64,000 bases of DNA. It comes from Spirochaetota bacterium. GTDB taxonomy: Bacteria > Spirochaetota > UBA4802 > UB4802. Location: contig JAOAIH010000003.1 in assembly GCA_026414805.1 (NCBI GenBank), positions 26,314 to 90,313 on the forward strand, read 5' to 3'. The notes under the pieces are model-generated. The model worked only from the letters and a program-made list of their open reading frames with translations, had not been told where the DNA came from and did not search any database. Positions 47,919 through 58,816 of this stretch are shown piece by piece. Position numbers and translations under genes: made by a program. Each line of letters begins with the position of its first letter. Position 1 is the first letter of the stretch.

Positions 47919-48755
47919 CTATCGTGCAACTTCATTAATTAAACGCCCTAATTCCTGGTCATGGGTTAACATTGCTTTTTGATTGGCTTCATAGCTTCGC
48001 TGTACTTCAATCATGTCAACCATCTCGCGGACAACATTTACATTTGATTTCTCAAGGAATCCCTGTACAACCTTGTATTCTTCAGCTGGTAACGCAGGAC
48101 CAGAGTATTCCGTTTCACGGTATAACGATTCGCCTTCTTTCTTCAATTCGCGGATGTTTTCAAAATCAACTATCTTAAGTTTGTCAATTACCACTGGTTG
48201 TTCCCAGTTATTTTGCGTCATACCAACTAAGTCAGTTGGTTCCAATGAAAGTGCGGCGTTGACAAGGATTTCGCCACGTTCGTTAATTATGAAATTGTTC
48301 TTCTGCAGCTTGATTATACCATTTTCACCAAGTACCGGAAGGCCATTATGCGTTACCAGAATACCATCTTTATTAAGTGTAAATGCGCCATTACGTGTAT
48401 ACCGTTCACCACGCTCTGTCATCACGGCAAAGAAACCTTTCCCATCAAGAGCTACATCAAAGGGATTTTCGGTTCGCATCAATGAGCCCTGTTCATATAC
48501 TGTATATACTTCGTTTACTTCAACCCCTGTGCCTAATTTGCCAACAAATGGCATTGTGTCATAAGAACCTGCAGGTGTAATTCCTAAACCGTCATCGTTG
48601 AGCCTTCGGATAATCATATCCGGAAAAGCTTTAAACAGGGTTAAATCTTTTTTGTATGCAGTTTTATCAACATTAGCTAAATTATTGGCAATAACATCTA
48701 ACCGTGCTTCTTGTGCTATCATGCCACTTGCGCCGGTATACAATCCTCGTACCAT
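47919..48755 (-). CDS. Flagellar basal-body rod protein (FlgF/FlgG/FlhO family)
   Basis: IANNLANV, YTRNGAF, LEKSNVNVVREMVDMI..QRSYEAN. Confidence 0.88.
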   Translation of the reverse strand: MVRGLYTGASGMIAQEARLDVIANNLANVDKTAYKKDLTLFKAFPDMIIRRLNDDGLGITPAGSYDTMPFVGKLGTGVEVNEVYTVYEQGSLMRTENPFDVALDGKGFFAVMTERGERYTRNGAFTLNKDGILVTHNGLPVLGENGIIKLQKNNFIINERGEILVNAALSLEPTDLVGMTQNNWEQPVVIDKLKIVDFENIRELKKEGESLYRETEYSGPALPAEEYKVVQGFLEKSNVNVVREMVDMIEVQRSYEANQKAMLTHDQELGRLINEVAR

Positions 48756-50023
48756 TATGGTTTTCCTCCTTTTACTCTTTGTATATCGGCACCTAAGCTC
48801 TGTAACTTTTGCTCAAAATTTTCATATCCTCTATCGGTATGGTATATGCGTCGTATTTCGGTTTTACCTTTTGCAGCTAGTGCAGCAAGTACAAGCGAAG
48901 CTCCAGCACGCAGGTCGGACATAAGAACAGGTGCAGCTTGCAATTGTCTTCCTCCTTTTACAATGGCAACATTTCCTTCTACTTCGATGTCGGCGCCCAT
49001 TCGGCGTAATTCGCCTACGTGGGTGTACCTATTTTCAAAAATTGTCTCAACAACTACGCTTAATCCGGGTAATGTACACATAAGTGACATTATTGGTGCC
49101 TGAAGGTCGGTTGGGAAACCAGGATATGGCAGTGTCCTGATCATGCTGCCCTTTAAATTTTTGGAAGGTTCTATTGTAACGGAGCTATCGCTGCCTGAAA
49201 TAACAAAACCCATTTCTGATAGTACATTGATACAAGCCTGAAAGTGTTCGGGAATTACATTATTGATAGTCACATTGCCACGTGTTATGGCTCCTGCAAT
49301 TAAAAATGTTCCCGCTTCAATACGGTCAGGTATGATGGAATAAGTTACTGGTTTAAGCTTTTTTACACCTTTAATGATTATGCGCTCGGTTCCAATGCCT
49401 TCAATCTTTGCACCCATTTTTATAAGAAAATTGCCAAGGTCAACAACATCGGGCTCCATTGCACAATTTTCAAGTATTGTCTCACCATCAGCAAGTACAG
49501 CAGCCATCATAATGTTAGCTGTAGCGCCAACCGAGACCTTGCGCATAATAAAACGATTGCCCTTTAATTTTTGTGCCCGTGCTTTGATATAGCCATGTTC
49601 AATGGTGATGGTGCTGCCCAGTGCTTCAAAGCCTGAAAGATGAATGTCAACTGGACGTTCACCAATAGCGCAACCACCAGGAAGTGAAACATCGGCTTCG
49701 CCGCAGCGAGCCAGAAGCGGTCCCATTACATAAATGGAAGCGCGCATTGTCTTCACAAGGTCATACGGTACTTCTGCATTCTTTAATGAATTGACATGAA
49801 TCTTTAATGTATTTTTTTCAGTATCAAATTCATATTCAGCACCAAGGCATTCAATTACCTTAAGGATAGTCTGAATATCCTTTAGGTTTGGGATATTGTG
49901 CAATACTGTTGTGCCCTCGGCAAGCAAACTTGCTACAATAATAGGGAGTGCTGCATTTTTGGCACCGGAGATAGTTACTGAGCCATTTAGCCTTTTACCG
50001 CCTTTAATTATATACGTATCCAC
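48755..50023 (-). CDS. murA: UDP-N-acetylglucosamine 1-carboxyvinyltransferase
   Basis: GAKNAALP, MRAS, LPGGCAIG.RP, DRIEAGT, PGFPTDLQ, DLRAGA. Confidence 0.97.
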   Translation of the reverse strand: MDTYIIKGGKRLNGSVTISGAKNAALPIIVASLLAEGTTVLHNIPNLKDIQTILKVIECLGAEYEFDTEKNTLKIHVNSLKNAEVPYDLVKTMRASIYVMGPLLARCGEADVSLPGGCAIGERPVDIHLSGFEALGSTITIEHGYIKARAQKLKGNRFIMRKVSVGATANIMMAAVLADGETILENCAMEPDVVDLGNFLIKMGAKIEGIGTERIIIKGVKKLKPVTYSIIPDRIEAGTFLIAGAITRGNVTINNVIPEHFQACINVLSEMGFVISGSDSSVTIEPSKNLKGSMIRTLPYPGFPTDLQAPIMSLMCTLPGLSVVVETIFENRYTHVGELRRMGADIEVEGNVAIVKGGRQLQAAPVLMSDLRAGASLVLAALAAKGKTEIRRIYHTDRGYENFEQKLQSLGADIQRVKGGKP

Positions 50024-50138
50024 AGTTTTTCCTCACATAATGATTGATTTAATTGTGAGCAGTAGTAATAATGATGTAAATTGTCAATTCAATTAAATGA
50101 TTTTATTACATACTTTTCCAAGGTATTAATGAAAGCTC

Positions 50139-51521
50139 ATGGGGAAAAAATATAATATATCGCTTCATATATTCAGGAGAGATCTGAGATTAGAAGATAA
50201 CACAGCCCTGATACGTGCGTTAGAATTGTCAAACCAGGTTATCCCCTGTTTTATTTTGGATGAGAGACAAATCTACAATAACCCTTATAGGGGAGATTTT
50301 GCAATACAGTTTATGGTACAATCTTTGAAGGAATTAAACGATGATCTCAATAAAAAGGGGAGCAGGTTGTATCTGTTTAAAGGTATTGCAGAAAACGTTG
50401 TAGAAATGTTGCTACAAGAACAGAAAATCGATGCTGTATTTTTCAACCGTGACTATACTCCATTCAGTACTATGCGAGATGGAAAAATAAAAGAGATATG
50501 CGCAAAGTATGCTGTGGATTGTAACATTTATGCTGATGCACTGATGAATGAACCTGAAATGGTAGTCAAGCTAGATGGCATGCCATATATCATTTTTACT
50601 CAATACCTTAAAAAAGCCAGAATGTTTCAGGTTAATCAGCCCCATAAAAATAAATATAGTAATTATTATAATGCAAAAATAACACTAGAAAAGCATCATG
50701 ATATTTTAAATACAATTATTGTTAATAAAAATCCACATACATTTTTAAAAGGTGGTAAGAAGGAAGCATTACAGCTATTATCAAAAATTGCTGATTTACA
50801 AAATTATAGTGAAACACGAAATTTCCCTGCTTTACAGGGAACAAGTTTATTATCCGCGCATATTAAGTTTGGGACTGTTTCAATACGCCAGGTATATCAT
50901 GCAGCAAATAAATTTTTACGACAACCAGATTCATTTATTACTGAATTGTACTGGCATGATTTCTTTACATCAATTGCGTATCACTTCCCTCATGTATTTG
51001 GTGGAGCATTTCATAAAAAATACAATGCCCTGCAATGGTCAAATGATAAAGAAAAGTTTGAGCTATGGGCACATGGACTTACAGGATTCCCAATTGTTGA
51101 TGCAGGTATGCGACAGCTCAACACAACAGGCTTTATGCATAACAGGGTACGCATGATTGCAGCAAGCTTTTTGGTAAAGGACCTGCATATTGACTGGCGG
51201 TGGGGCGAGCAATATTTTGCAACAAAACTTATCGATTATGATCCTTGTATTAATAATGGAAATTGGCAATGGGCTGCATCAACAGGGTGTGATGCACAGC
51301 CTTTTTTTAGAATTTTCAATCCATGGCTTCAGCAAAAAAAGTATGATCCTGAATGTAAATATATAAAACGGTGGATTCCGGAATTACAATCACTTCCTGC
51401 AAAAGTTATACATAAATGGTATGAGGCAGATATTAACTGTGATTACCCTAAGCCAGTGGTTGACCATGTTAAGGAAGCTCATATCGCAAAGCGAATGTAT
51501 AGAAAAGTAAATGCAAAGTGA
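50139..51521 (+). CDS. phrB: Deoxyribodipyrimidine photolyase (class I)
   Basis: RRDLRLEDN, TSLLSAHIKFG, TGFPIVDAGMRQL, MHNRVRM, NNGNWQW, RIFNP. Confidence 0.92.
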   Translation: MGKKYNISLHIFRRDLRLEDNTALIRALELSNQVIPCFILDERQIYNNPYRGDFAIQFMVQSLKELNDDLNKKGSRLYLFKGIAENVVEMLLQEQKIDAVFFNRDYTPFSTMRDGKIKEICAKYAVDCNIYADALMNEPEMVVKLDGMPYIIFTQYLKKARMFQVNQPHKNKYSNYYNAKITLEKHHDILNTIIVNKNPHTFLKGGKKEALQLLSKIADLQNYSETRNFPALQGTSLLSAHIKFGTVSIRQVYHAANKFLRQPDSFITELYWHDFFTSIAYHFPHVFGGAFHKKYNALQWSNDKEKFELWAHGLTGFPIVDAGMRQLNTTGFMHNRVRMIAASFLVKDLHIDWRWGEQYFATKLIDYDPCINNGNWQWAASTGCDAQPFFRIFNPWLQQKKYDPECKYIKRWIPELQSLPAKVIHKWYEADINCDYPKPVVDHVKEAHIAKRMYRKVNAK

Positions 51522-51728
51522 TAGCCAGTATATTTTAAATATATATTTTGATTATTTTTTGTATAAAAAGCTATTGGGACAAAACATGATATATATCCGT
51601 TACAAAACATACACTATAATCAGTGAAATAGTTCAATTTAGATACCTATTGTATTGCCAAAATTATTTATTTTGCATAATTTGAAAAAAAATACTTGCAA
51701 TATTTTGGGAAGATGGTTAGTGTAGTAA

Positions 51729-51754
51729 AAAATGAGTGATAACTCACTCATTTT
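51729..51754. promoter_or_regulatory. Perfect palindrome, candidate operator upstream of ald
   Basis: AAAATGAGTGA-TAAC-TCACTCATTTT just downstream of a TTGCAA-N17-TAGTGT promoter-like sequence (51695-51723). Confidence 0.55.
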
Positions 51755-51864
51755 AAATAAATATGAAAATATTAGTATATGTCGTTTAACCATAGTTGGA
51801 TAAGTACATGGTGAAGAGTAGAAATAATTTGAAATATTTGTACATTATATCTTAAGGGGGTATT

Positions 51865-52971
51865 ATGAAAATTGGTGTGCCAAAAGAAATAAAAGTTAAA
51901 GAAAACAGAGTAGCTCTGACACCATCTGGGGTTAATGCTCTGGTAGCTCATGGTCATTCCGTATTTGTAGAATCCCATGCAGGTGAAGGTTCTGGTTTTA
52001 CGGATGAGGAATATATCAAAGCGGGTGCAAAGATCATTAAAGATGCAAATGATGTGTGGGCTGAAGCTGATATGATAATAAAGGTGAAAGAGCCATTAGG
52101 ACCAGAATTTGATAGAATGAAAGAAGGGCAAATAATCTTTACATATCTTCATCTGGCCGCAGATGAGGCATTGACGGTTGAATTATTGAATAAAAAAATT
52201 ATTGGTGTTGCATACGAAACAATACAATTAGATGATGGTAGTCTTCCTCTTTTAGCGCCTATGAGTGAGGTTGCAGGCAGGCTTTCAATACAGATGGGCT
52301 GTATGTGTCTTGAGGCAAAAAATGGTGGTGCAGGTATATTGCTTTCCGGGGTTGCAGGTGTTCCACCAGCAAAAGTTACTATAATAGGTGCAGGGATTGC
52401 CGGGACCAATGCGTGCCATTTAGCTGTGGGAGTTGGTGCTGAAGTTGCTATCCTTGATATCAATGCACAGCGTTTGAGGTATATGCAGGATATTTTTAAG
52501 GGAAGAGTAATAACTGTAATGTCAAACAAAGCAAATATTTGGGATTTTGTAACAAAGGCAGATCTGGTAATAGGTTCAGTGCTGATACCTGGCGCCAAAG
52601 CTCCAAAATTAATTACACGTGATATGCTTAAAGCTATGAGAAAAGGTTCTGCATTTGTTGATATAGCAATTGATCAAGGAGGATGTGCTGAAACAAGCAA
52701 ACCTACAACACATGACGATCCTATTTACATTGAAGAAGGGGTGGTCCATTACTGTGTTGCTAATATGCCAGGTGCGGTTCCACGAACTTCAACGTATGCA
52801 TTAACTAATGTAACGCTATCGTATATCATTGAACTTGCTGATAAAGGACTTGAGAAAGCTATGCGTGAGAACAAGGCACTCCATAAGGGCCTCAATGTGT
52901 ATAAGGGAAAACTCACATACGACCATGTTGCTGAAGCATTTAATATGCCATATGAGAAAATTGAATTTTAA
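51865..52971 (+). CDS. ald: Alanine dehydrogenase
   Basis: [39 protein letters not shown]. Confidence 0.96.
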   Translation: MKIGVPKEIKVKENRVALTPSGVNALVAHGHSVFVESHAGEGSGFTDEEYIKAGAKIIKDANDVWAEADMIIKVKEPLGPEFDRMKEGQIIFTYLHLAADEALTVELLNKKIIGVAYETIQLDDGSLPLLAPMSEVAGRLSIQMGCMCLEAKNGGAGILLSGVAGVPPAKVTIIGAGIAGTNACHLAVGVGAEVAILDINAQRLRYMQDIFKGRVITVMSNKANIWDFVTKADLVIGSVLIPGAKAPKLITRDMLKAMRKGSAFVDIAIDQGGCAETSKPTTHDDPIYIEEGVVHYCVANMPGAVPRTSTYALTNVTLSYIIELADKGLEKAMRENKALHKGLNVYKGKLTYDHVAEAFNMPYEKIEF

Positions 52972-52976
52972 TTGTA

Positions 52977-53546
52977 TTAAATCTTTGATAATAAACTCGT
53001 TGCTAAATTTTTTGCTTGCTCTTTTGTAAGTTGTATTGTTGCCGTACCTCCACCCGGATGTGGCAGTGTCAATAAAATATTTCCTCCTATCACCTCGATT
53101 GTAAACTGCCCATCCGGCATCTTTACTTTTGGCGATAGCCAGTCATCCGCATTGAATTCTGCAATTTGTATAAGCACACCAAATGCATGTTTTGGATGAA
53201 TAAAAATCTCTTTCCATACACCACCTGGATATTCGTTGTACCCAAAGTAAGGGATACCCATTTCCTCTAATTTTGCTATGGCTTTTTTTAAATCATACGT
53301 TTGTAATGTTATATGATGTACACCGCTTCCACGTGATTGCATAAATCCATCTAAAAAGCTTCCTTTGTCAGTTGGTGATATCAGCTCAATACGGCTCATA
53401 TCTCCTAATGAAAATATCTGCCAGTAAAACTTTGTTCTATCATCCTTTGCCCCCACACCCGCGATGGCACCAAGTCTTTCAAAAAAGTTTTTAGCTTTCT
53501 CAAAATCTGGAACTGCAATTGATACATGGTCAATACGGGCAATCAT
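52977..53546 (-). CDS. VOC-family protein (methylmalonyl-CoA epimerase-like) with a C-terminal extension
   Basis: IDHVSIAV, IELISP, GVHHITL, FIHPK...GVLIQI. Confidence 0.75.
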   Translation of the reverse strand: MIARIDHVSIAVPDFEKAKNFFERLGAIAGVGAKDDRTKFYWQIFSLGDMSRIELISPTDKGSFLDGFMQSRGSGVHHITLQTYDLKKAIAKLEEMGIPYFGYNEYPGGVWKEIFIHPKHAFGVLIQIAEFNADDWLSPKVKMPDGQFTIEVIGGNILLTLPHPGGGTATIQLTKEQAKNLATSLLSKI

Positions 53547-53754
53547 AACACACCTCGTTATTATTATTTTTACGATGATAATGAGGTATATAGTAAAAAT
53601 TTCAAATTATTTTTTAAATCGATAGCTTGGAATTAATGTTTTAATATAAAAAAAAGTTGAAAAATACAAACGTGATATTGAATATTAGTAGAATACATAA
53701 AGTTTTGTGTTGGTAAAAACAATAATTCAAATTGTAAGACTTTGGAGGGAAATT

Positions 53755-54246
53755 ATGCATTTTGAAACAACCACCTGTGTTTCATTAAAGAATATTGCTT
53801 TATTGGATGTATATGCAAAAAAACTTAATATGCCCCTGAGATCATTGATAGTGTATTTGTTAATGTTTGCTGCCAAAAATGAAAGGAAAAAAGCAATAGC
53901 ATTTAAACGAATATCTTACCGAAAACGGAATACAGAGCAGCCTTGGCGTAGATTACATCTTGTGCTTTATCAATCTGAATATGAGTTTATACTTGATGTA
54001 AAGAAGTTATGGAAGATGTCGTTGGCGCTTTGCATTGAGTTTTGCATTGAAAATGTTTTGTTTGAATTTATTGATTACTATATTGAGTGTACAAAAAGAA
54101 AAGATACCGATAACTATCTTAATTATTACCAGAATAGATCCTATACTTTTGATTTTTACCAAGAAAAAGGCATACATTGCTGCAAATTTTATTGGGGACC
54201 GCCACCACAATTGCTAAACAGCAAATTAACATTAGAATTAGCTTAA
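53755..54246 (+). CDS. Hypothetical protein, paralog of 25697..26149
   Basis: GGAGG RBS before the ATG at 53755; same conserved blocks as its paralog. Confidence 0.75.
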   Translation: MHFETTTCVSLKNIALLDVYAKKLNMPLRSLIVYLLMFAAKNERKKAIAFKRISYRKRNTEQPWRRLHLVLYQSEYEFILDVKKLWKMSLALCIEFCIENVLFEFIDYYIECTKRKDTDNYLNYYQNRSYTFDFYQEKGIHCCKFYWGPPPQLLNSKLTLELA

Positions 54247-54385
54247 TATCATATACAAAATTTACTTACTTTTAGATGGCGTGTTAACTAATCTTAAAAC
54301 ATAAATGTTTGACATTTATAACATATATCACTACATCAGTAACGAGCTTTTATCTATAACAATGATTTGATACGATATAGTTTAT

Positions 54386-55993
54386 GTGCTTGCAAAAAAT
54401 AGTTATACACACGAGGAATCTATGAATGAAATAATATCATTTCTTTCAAATCCCAAATCGTACAATCATTCTGTTGATACGGTTAATGTTGTACAGACAC
54501 ATATTTCGTATGTGTTTATTGCAAAGCCGTACGTTTACAAGCTAAAGAAGCCTGTAGATTTTGGCTTTTTAAATTTTGTGTCATTTGAAGATAGGAAATT
54601 TTATACATTTGAAGAATACAGACTCAATTCTCGTATCAGCCCTGAAATATATCTTGGCGTAGTTGCGATTGTCAAAGATGGCGATTCACTCAGGTTGGTG
54701 GAGGAAGGTAACTTTGATGAACGCAGCGTTGTTGCATATTGCGTCAAGATGAAATATATTGATGATATATATTCGCTGAAACATATAATCAGGCACAAGC
54801 TCGATACCAATTTGCTATCGCTCATAGCCCAAAAGATTTACGCTTTTCATAAAAGTGCGGATAATACAGAAGGCTTACAGGGCTTTGGCGGCATCAAAGA
54901 GATAAGCAAAAACTCACTGGAAAATTTTGACCAGATTGAAAAATATATAGGGGCGATAGTTACTGCGGATGATTATGACTTCATGCGAAACTGGACCGAG
55001 AATTTCATAACACAGCACACAGCGGTATTTGAAAACCGCAACGCTGGGGGGTTTGTGCGCGATTGTCACGGTGACCTCCACTGTGAACATATTTACTATA
55101 AAGATGGTGCAATAATCATTCTTGACTGCATTGAATTCAATAAGCGATTTAGATATATAGATACAATTTCGGATATTGCATTTCTACTCATGGATTTAGA
55201 TATCAACGGAAAAAAAGAAGAATCAAATCGACTGTGCGCACAGTACATTCAGCTTTCAGGAGATTATGATGGTGTGCTGCTTTTGCCCTTTTACAAGGCA
55301 TATCGTGCAATGGTACGGGCAAAAATAAATAGCTTTCAATCAGACAATGAAGGAATAACTCAAAAAGAAAGAGATGGTTTTGTGCAAAAGGCTTCGCAAT
55401 ATTTTCAGCTTGCAAAGCAATATATGCAACAGCGTAGTAATGGTATTGTTTATACAGTATTTGGCAACATTGGTAGCGGTAAAAGCACTATAGCCATGGA
55501 ATTGGCTGCACTTACAGGAGGTGTAGTTATTAATTCTGATGCGGTGCGAAAGAAATTAGCTGGCCTTGATATTTTTGATAATGCAAAAGCAAAAGTTGGA
55601 GAAGGTATTTACAATCCAGAAATGACTGAACGAGTTTATTTAACAATGAAACAAAAAGCCTTGGCGATAGCTCAGAAAGGAAACCCCGTGATCCTTGATG
55701 GTACTTTTTACAGTAAAAAGCTGCGAAATGATTTTTATCAGTTTTTCCAGGATAAGGGGATTGCTATGCATTTTATTTTTGCAGATTGCTCCCAAGATGA
55801 ACTTATAAGAAGAATTGAGAAAAGGCAAAAGGATGCATCAATTTCAGATGCAACTGTAGAAACATTTATGCAGTTAAAGGATAGGTTTGAAAATCCTGAT
55901 GAAGATGAACCAGAAGTTTATAAAATTAATACAGAAACAGGTATAGATGATATATATCATCAATTGAAGAATCTCTTTTTTATAGAAAATTGA
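54386..55993 (+). CDS. Bifunctional aminoglycoside-phosphotransferase-like/AAA_33 P-loop kinase protein
   Basis: QTHIS, KLKKPVDFGFL, RDCHGDLH, DCIEFN; second domain GNIGSGKST, SDAVRK, ILDGTF. Confidence 0.85.
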   Translation: MLAKNSYTHEESMNEIISFLSNPKSYNHSVDTVNVVQTHISYVFIAKPYVYKLKKPVDFGFLNFVSFEDRKFYTFEEYRLNSRISPEIYLGVVAIVKDGDSLRLVEEGNFDERSVVAYCVKMKYIDDIYSLKHIIRHKLDTNLLSLIAQKIYAFHKSADNTEGLQGFGGIKEISKNSLENFDQIEKYIGAIVTADDYDFMRNWTENFITQHTAVFENRNAGGFVRDCHGDLHCEHIYYKDGAIIILDCIEFNKRFRYIDTISDIAFLLMDLDINGKKEESNRLCAQYIQLSGDYDGVLLLPFYKAYRAMVRAKINSFQSDNEGITQKERDGFVQKASQYFQLAKQYMQQRSNGIVYTVFGNIGSGKSTIAMELAALTGGVVINSDAVRKKLAGLDIFDNAKAKVGEGIYNPEMTERVYLTMKQKALAIAQKGNPVILDGTFYSKKLRNDFYQFFQDKGIAMHFIFADCSQDELIRRIEKRQKDASISDATVETFMQLKDRFENPDEDEPEVYKINTETGIDDIYHQLKNLFFIEN

Positions 55994-55996
55994 TGA

Positions 55997-56624
55997 GTAA
56001 TATGGGTTTGATTGTTAATGTTATATTAATATTTCATTGTTACATGTTGATACTACAAATTTTGACAAGTTAAATACTTTATTAAAAGAAGTAAAACTTG
56101 GTCAAACTAATATTATTATAGACAATTGGGGTGAACAAAACGAGTTAGTTCCGCAATACTATATGTTGCTTTAATTATTTTATAAAGAAAGCATTCATGA
56201 ATTTCTCATCCATTACGAAATGCGTTTTGGGTTATTATGATCATTAAAAGAATTAAAGGAATTTGACCAAATATATAGCCGAATTATAAGATTCTTTGAA
56301 ATATTTTTCTGATAAAAAGCTTACATATATCTATTGGAATAATATAATAATAAAAAAATTTCAGATACTGGTACTTTCATTATACAAAAAATACAGGAAT
56401 ATCGCATGAATTTGTAAATGATGATGAGATATATTCAAATGAGAAATTCTTGAACAAATATATTGATTTAATGATACAGCACTATCCTGCCAATAAATAT
56501 GGTTATGCTAATAAAAAATTTATGTATTGTAGAAATTAAGAAATATGATAAAATTCTAGAATATTATTTTAAGGCATATGAAATTGATAGGGAAGATCTT
56601 TTAGAGTTTTCAATATTGGATTGA
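55997..56624 (+). pseudogene. Probable decayed gene, possibly TPR-containing
   Basis: About 790-bp gap with no ORF of 60 aa or more; short protein-like fragments in shifting frames, including KYDKILEYYFKAYEIDRED (56529-56624). Confidence 0.35.
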
Positions 56625-56782
56625 TAGTTCGACAATAATAATTATTAATTAATCATAATGTAAAGACAATTTTTTAAAAAAATTATTACAATCGGTGGAA
56701 ATAAATATTATATTAACAAAGTATAAGTGTAGTATTGAAGTATTTAGCAAACAAAGTTAGTGGTGATGATATTGTTTAATAA

Positions 56783-57943
56783 TTAGTTAATTGGAATATA
56801 TAAAATTTCTCCTGGGTGAATAAAATCTGGTTGGGTGATATTGTTAATCGTAATAATAGTTGTTGGACTTGCTCTGTAGCGCTTTGCAATTTTTGATAAG
56901 GTTTCCCCTGATTTCACTTTATGTGTCTTAATAGATGTAAATTTGAGTGTGTAAATTTGGTCTTTATATTCTTCTATTTTTTCCTTACTGCCTTTTGGCA
57001 AAAGAAGAATATAATTTCGCTCTTTAGGTGGGGTTATTTCTCTTTTGAGTTGAGGATTGTATAGCTTTATAACTTCAGAAGGTATATTGCATTTTTCCGT
57101 GAGTAGATTGATTCTTACAGGGTAGCGCAACTGCACCATTTCAATTTCATACTCAATATCAGGTTTCAGTAAATCCTGTTCTATTGAAAACAGTTCAGGA
57201 TATTTGTAAATAAGCACTAACGCTGCATAACGGTATACATATTCAGCTGTTTCTTTTCGTAGCACTCCTGCTTCAATGAGGTCATAAAAGTGGTGATAGC
57301 CATTTGCTCTCATTGTACGGGATAGATATCCACAGCCGCCATTATATGCAAGAAGAGCAAGTTCCCATGAGTTGAATGTGTTATATAAATGGTTAAGATG
57401 TCGTAGTGCGGCATTTGTTGATTTTACTATATCACGGCGTTCATCAACAAATTCATTAATTTGCAAACCCAGAACCTTTGCTGTAGAAGGCACAAATTGC
57501 CATATTCCCACTGCATTACTTTTAGAGACAGCATAGGGATTAAATGCACTTTCAAGCAATGGAAGTAATGCTATATCTTCAGGGATGCCATCATATTGTT
57601 GCATTTGTTCCTTAATTAAAGGCATATAAAGGTGGGAACGTTTTATGGCATTTATAGTATATTCCCTCCCTTTAGTAAGATAGATGTATAAAAACTTTCT
57701 TACATCGGGAATCCTGCAAATAGACAAATCACTAATAGCAGCGAATAAATCTTTTCCCTCTAATTTTGGTAAAAATATGCTGTCGTTATCTGGGTTGTAG
57801 TTGATTGCATTCAGCAATCCTTCTTCAGAATAGGAAGGATCTGAATACAGTTCTAGCAAATTTTTACAGAAAAGTTTTGTGTCGACCAACCCAATAACTA
57901 TGATGAAAAGTAGTAAATATGAAATATAATGTAATTTTTTCAT
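56783..57943 (-). CDS. MltD-like lytic transglycosylase with LysM
   Basis: LPLLES, AVGIWQF, AYNGG, ETAEYV, HKVKSGETLSKIA..N...IHPGE. Confidence 0.9.
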   Translation of the reverse strand: MKKLHYISYLLLFIIVIGLVDTKLFCKNLLELYSDPSYSEEGLLNAINYNPDNDSIFLPKLEGKDLFAAISDLSICRIPDVRKFLYIYLTKGREYTINAIKRSHLYMPLIKEQMQQYDGIPEDIALLPLLESAFNPYAVSKSNAVGIWQFVPSTAKVLGLQINEFVDERRDIVKSTNAALRHLNHLYNTFNSWELALLAYNGGCGYLSRTMRANGYHHFYDLIEAGVLRKETAEYVYRYAALVLIYKYPELFSIEQDLLKPDIEYEIEMVQLRYPVRINLLTEKCNIPSEVIKLYNPQLKREITPPKERNYILLLPKGSKEKIEEYKDQIYTLKFTSIKTHKVKSGETLSKIAKRYRASPTTIITINNITQPDFIHPGEILYIPIN

Positions 57944-58239
57944 CCGCTATATTAGTTTTATTTTGAAAAAATATTATATGCAAAATAGTATGAACATAAT
58001 ATAAAAAATAGTAAATAATATGAATCGTATACAATCATAGCAATCATAGAAGAGGATGTCAAAAAAAATTGCACAACCAAAGAGGTTATGTGTTTATATT
58101 ATAAATGGATTTTTATTCATTCTGTTGTATTTTAGAATACTGAAATTTATATATATTTTAATAAACAATAAATAAAAAGTGATGGACATTATTCAATGAA
58201 ATAATTATATTTAGCAGAACAGTATAAATTAGTAGAAGG

Positions 58240-58815
58240 TTGAACTGTATGGACCAGCTGATTGAGAATATTGGTAAAAAGATACAATATTTCCGCAAAA
58301 AAAATGATATTACGTTAAAAGAATTAGCTGAAAAGATACATGCAACACCAAGCCTTATTAGCCAGATAGAGCATGGCAAGGCAAATCCTTCGCTGGCAAC
58401 ATTAAAAGCAATTGCAGATGTATTCAATGTGCCCATTGGTTTATTTTTTGAAAATGATGTAAAAAGAACAGCTCCTTCTCCAGTTATACGTAAAAATACC
58501 CATAGGCGCCTGCTTACTGATGGAAATGTTTCATACACGTTATTGAATCCAGATTCTAATGAGATGGAGGTCATCTTAATTGATTTCCCGCCTGGTGCAT
58601 CAACAGGCGAGGAACATTATCACCATGATGGATATGAAGTGGGATACATAATCAAAGGTGAATTGACTGTAACACTTGAAGATAATGAGTATGTATTACA
58701 GCAAGGGGACAGCATTTCGTTTAAAAGCCTCAGGCCTCATAAGATTAAAAATCATACTTCGCAGTCAACTTTAGCACTCTGGGTAAACTTGGTTCCATGG
58801 ATTTTTGTTAAATGA
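58240..58815 (+). CDS. XRE-family HTH plus cupin transcriptional regulator
   Basis: TLKELA...SQIEHGKANPSL; cupin HHDGYEVGYII...GDSISF...PH. Confidence 0.9.
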   Translation: MNCMDQLIENIGKKIQYFRKKNDITLKELAEKIHATPSLISQIEHGKANPSLATLKAIADVFNVPIGLFFENDVKRTAPSPVIRKNTHRRLLTDGNVSYTLLNPDSNEMEVILIDFPPGASTGEEHYHHDGYEVGYIIKGELTVTLEDNEYVLQQGDSISFKSLRPHKIKNHTSQSTLALWVNLVPWIFVK

Positions 58816-58816
58816 A

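Noticed and set aside
48013-48564. 183-aa plus-strand ORF and similar antisense or nested ORFs throughout the track (for example 52149..52598, 10002..10385, 15528..16469)
   Set aside because: All overlap confidently identified genes on the other strand or frame and have no RBS or recognisable motifs.
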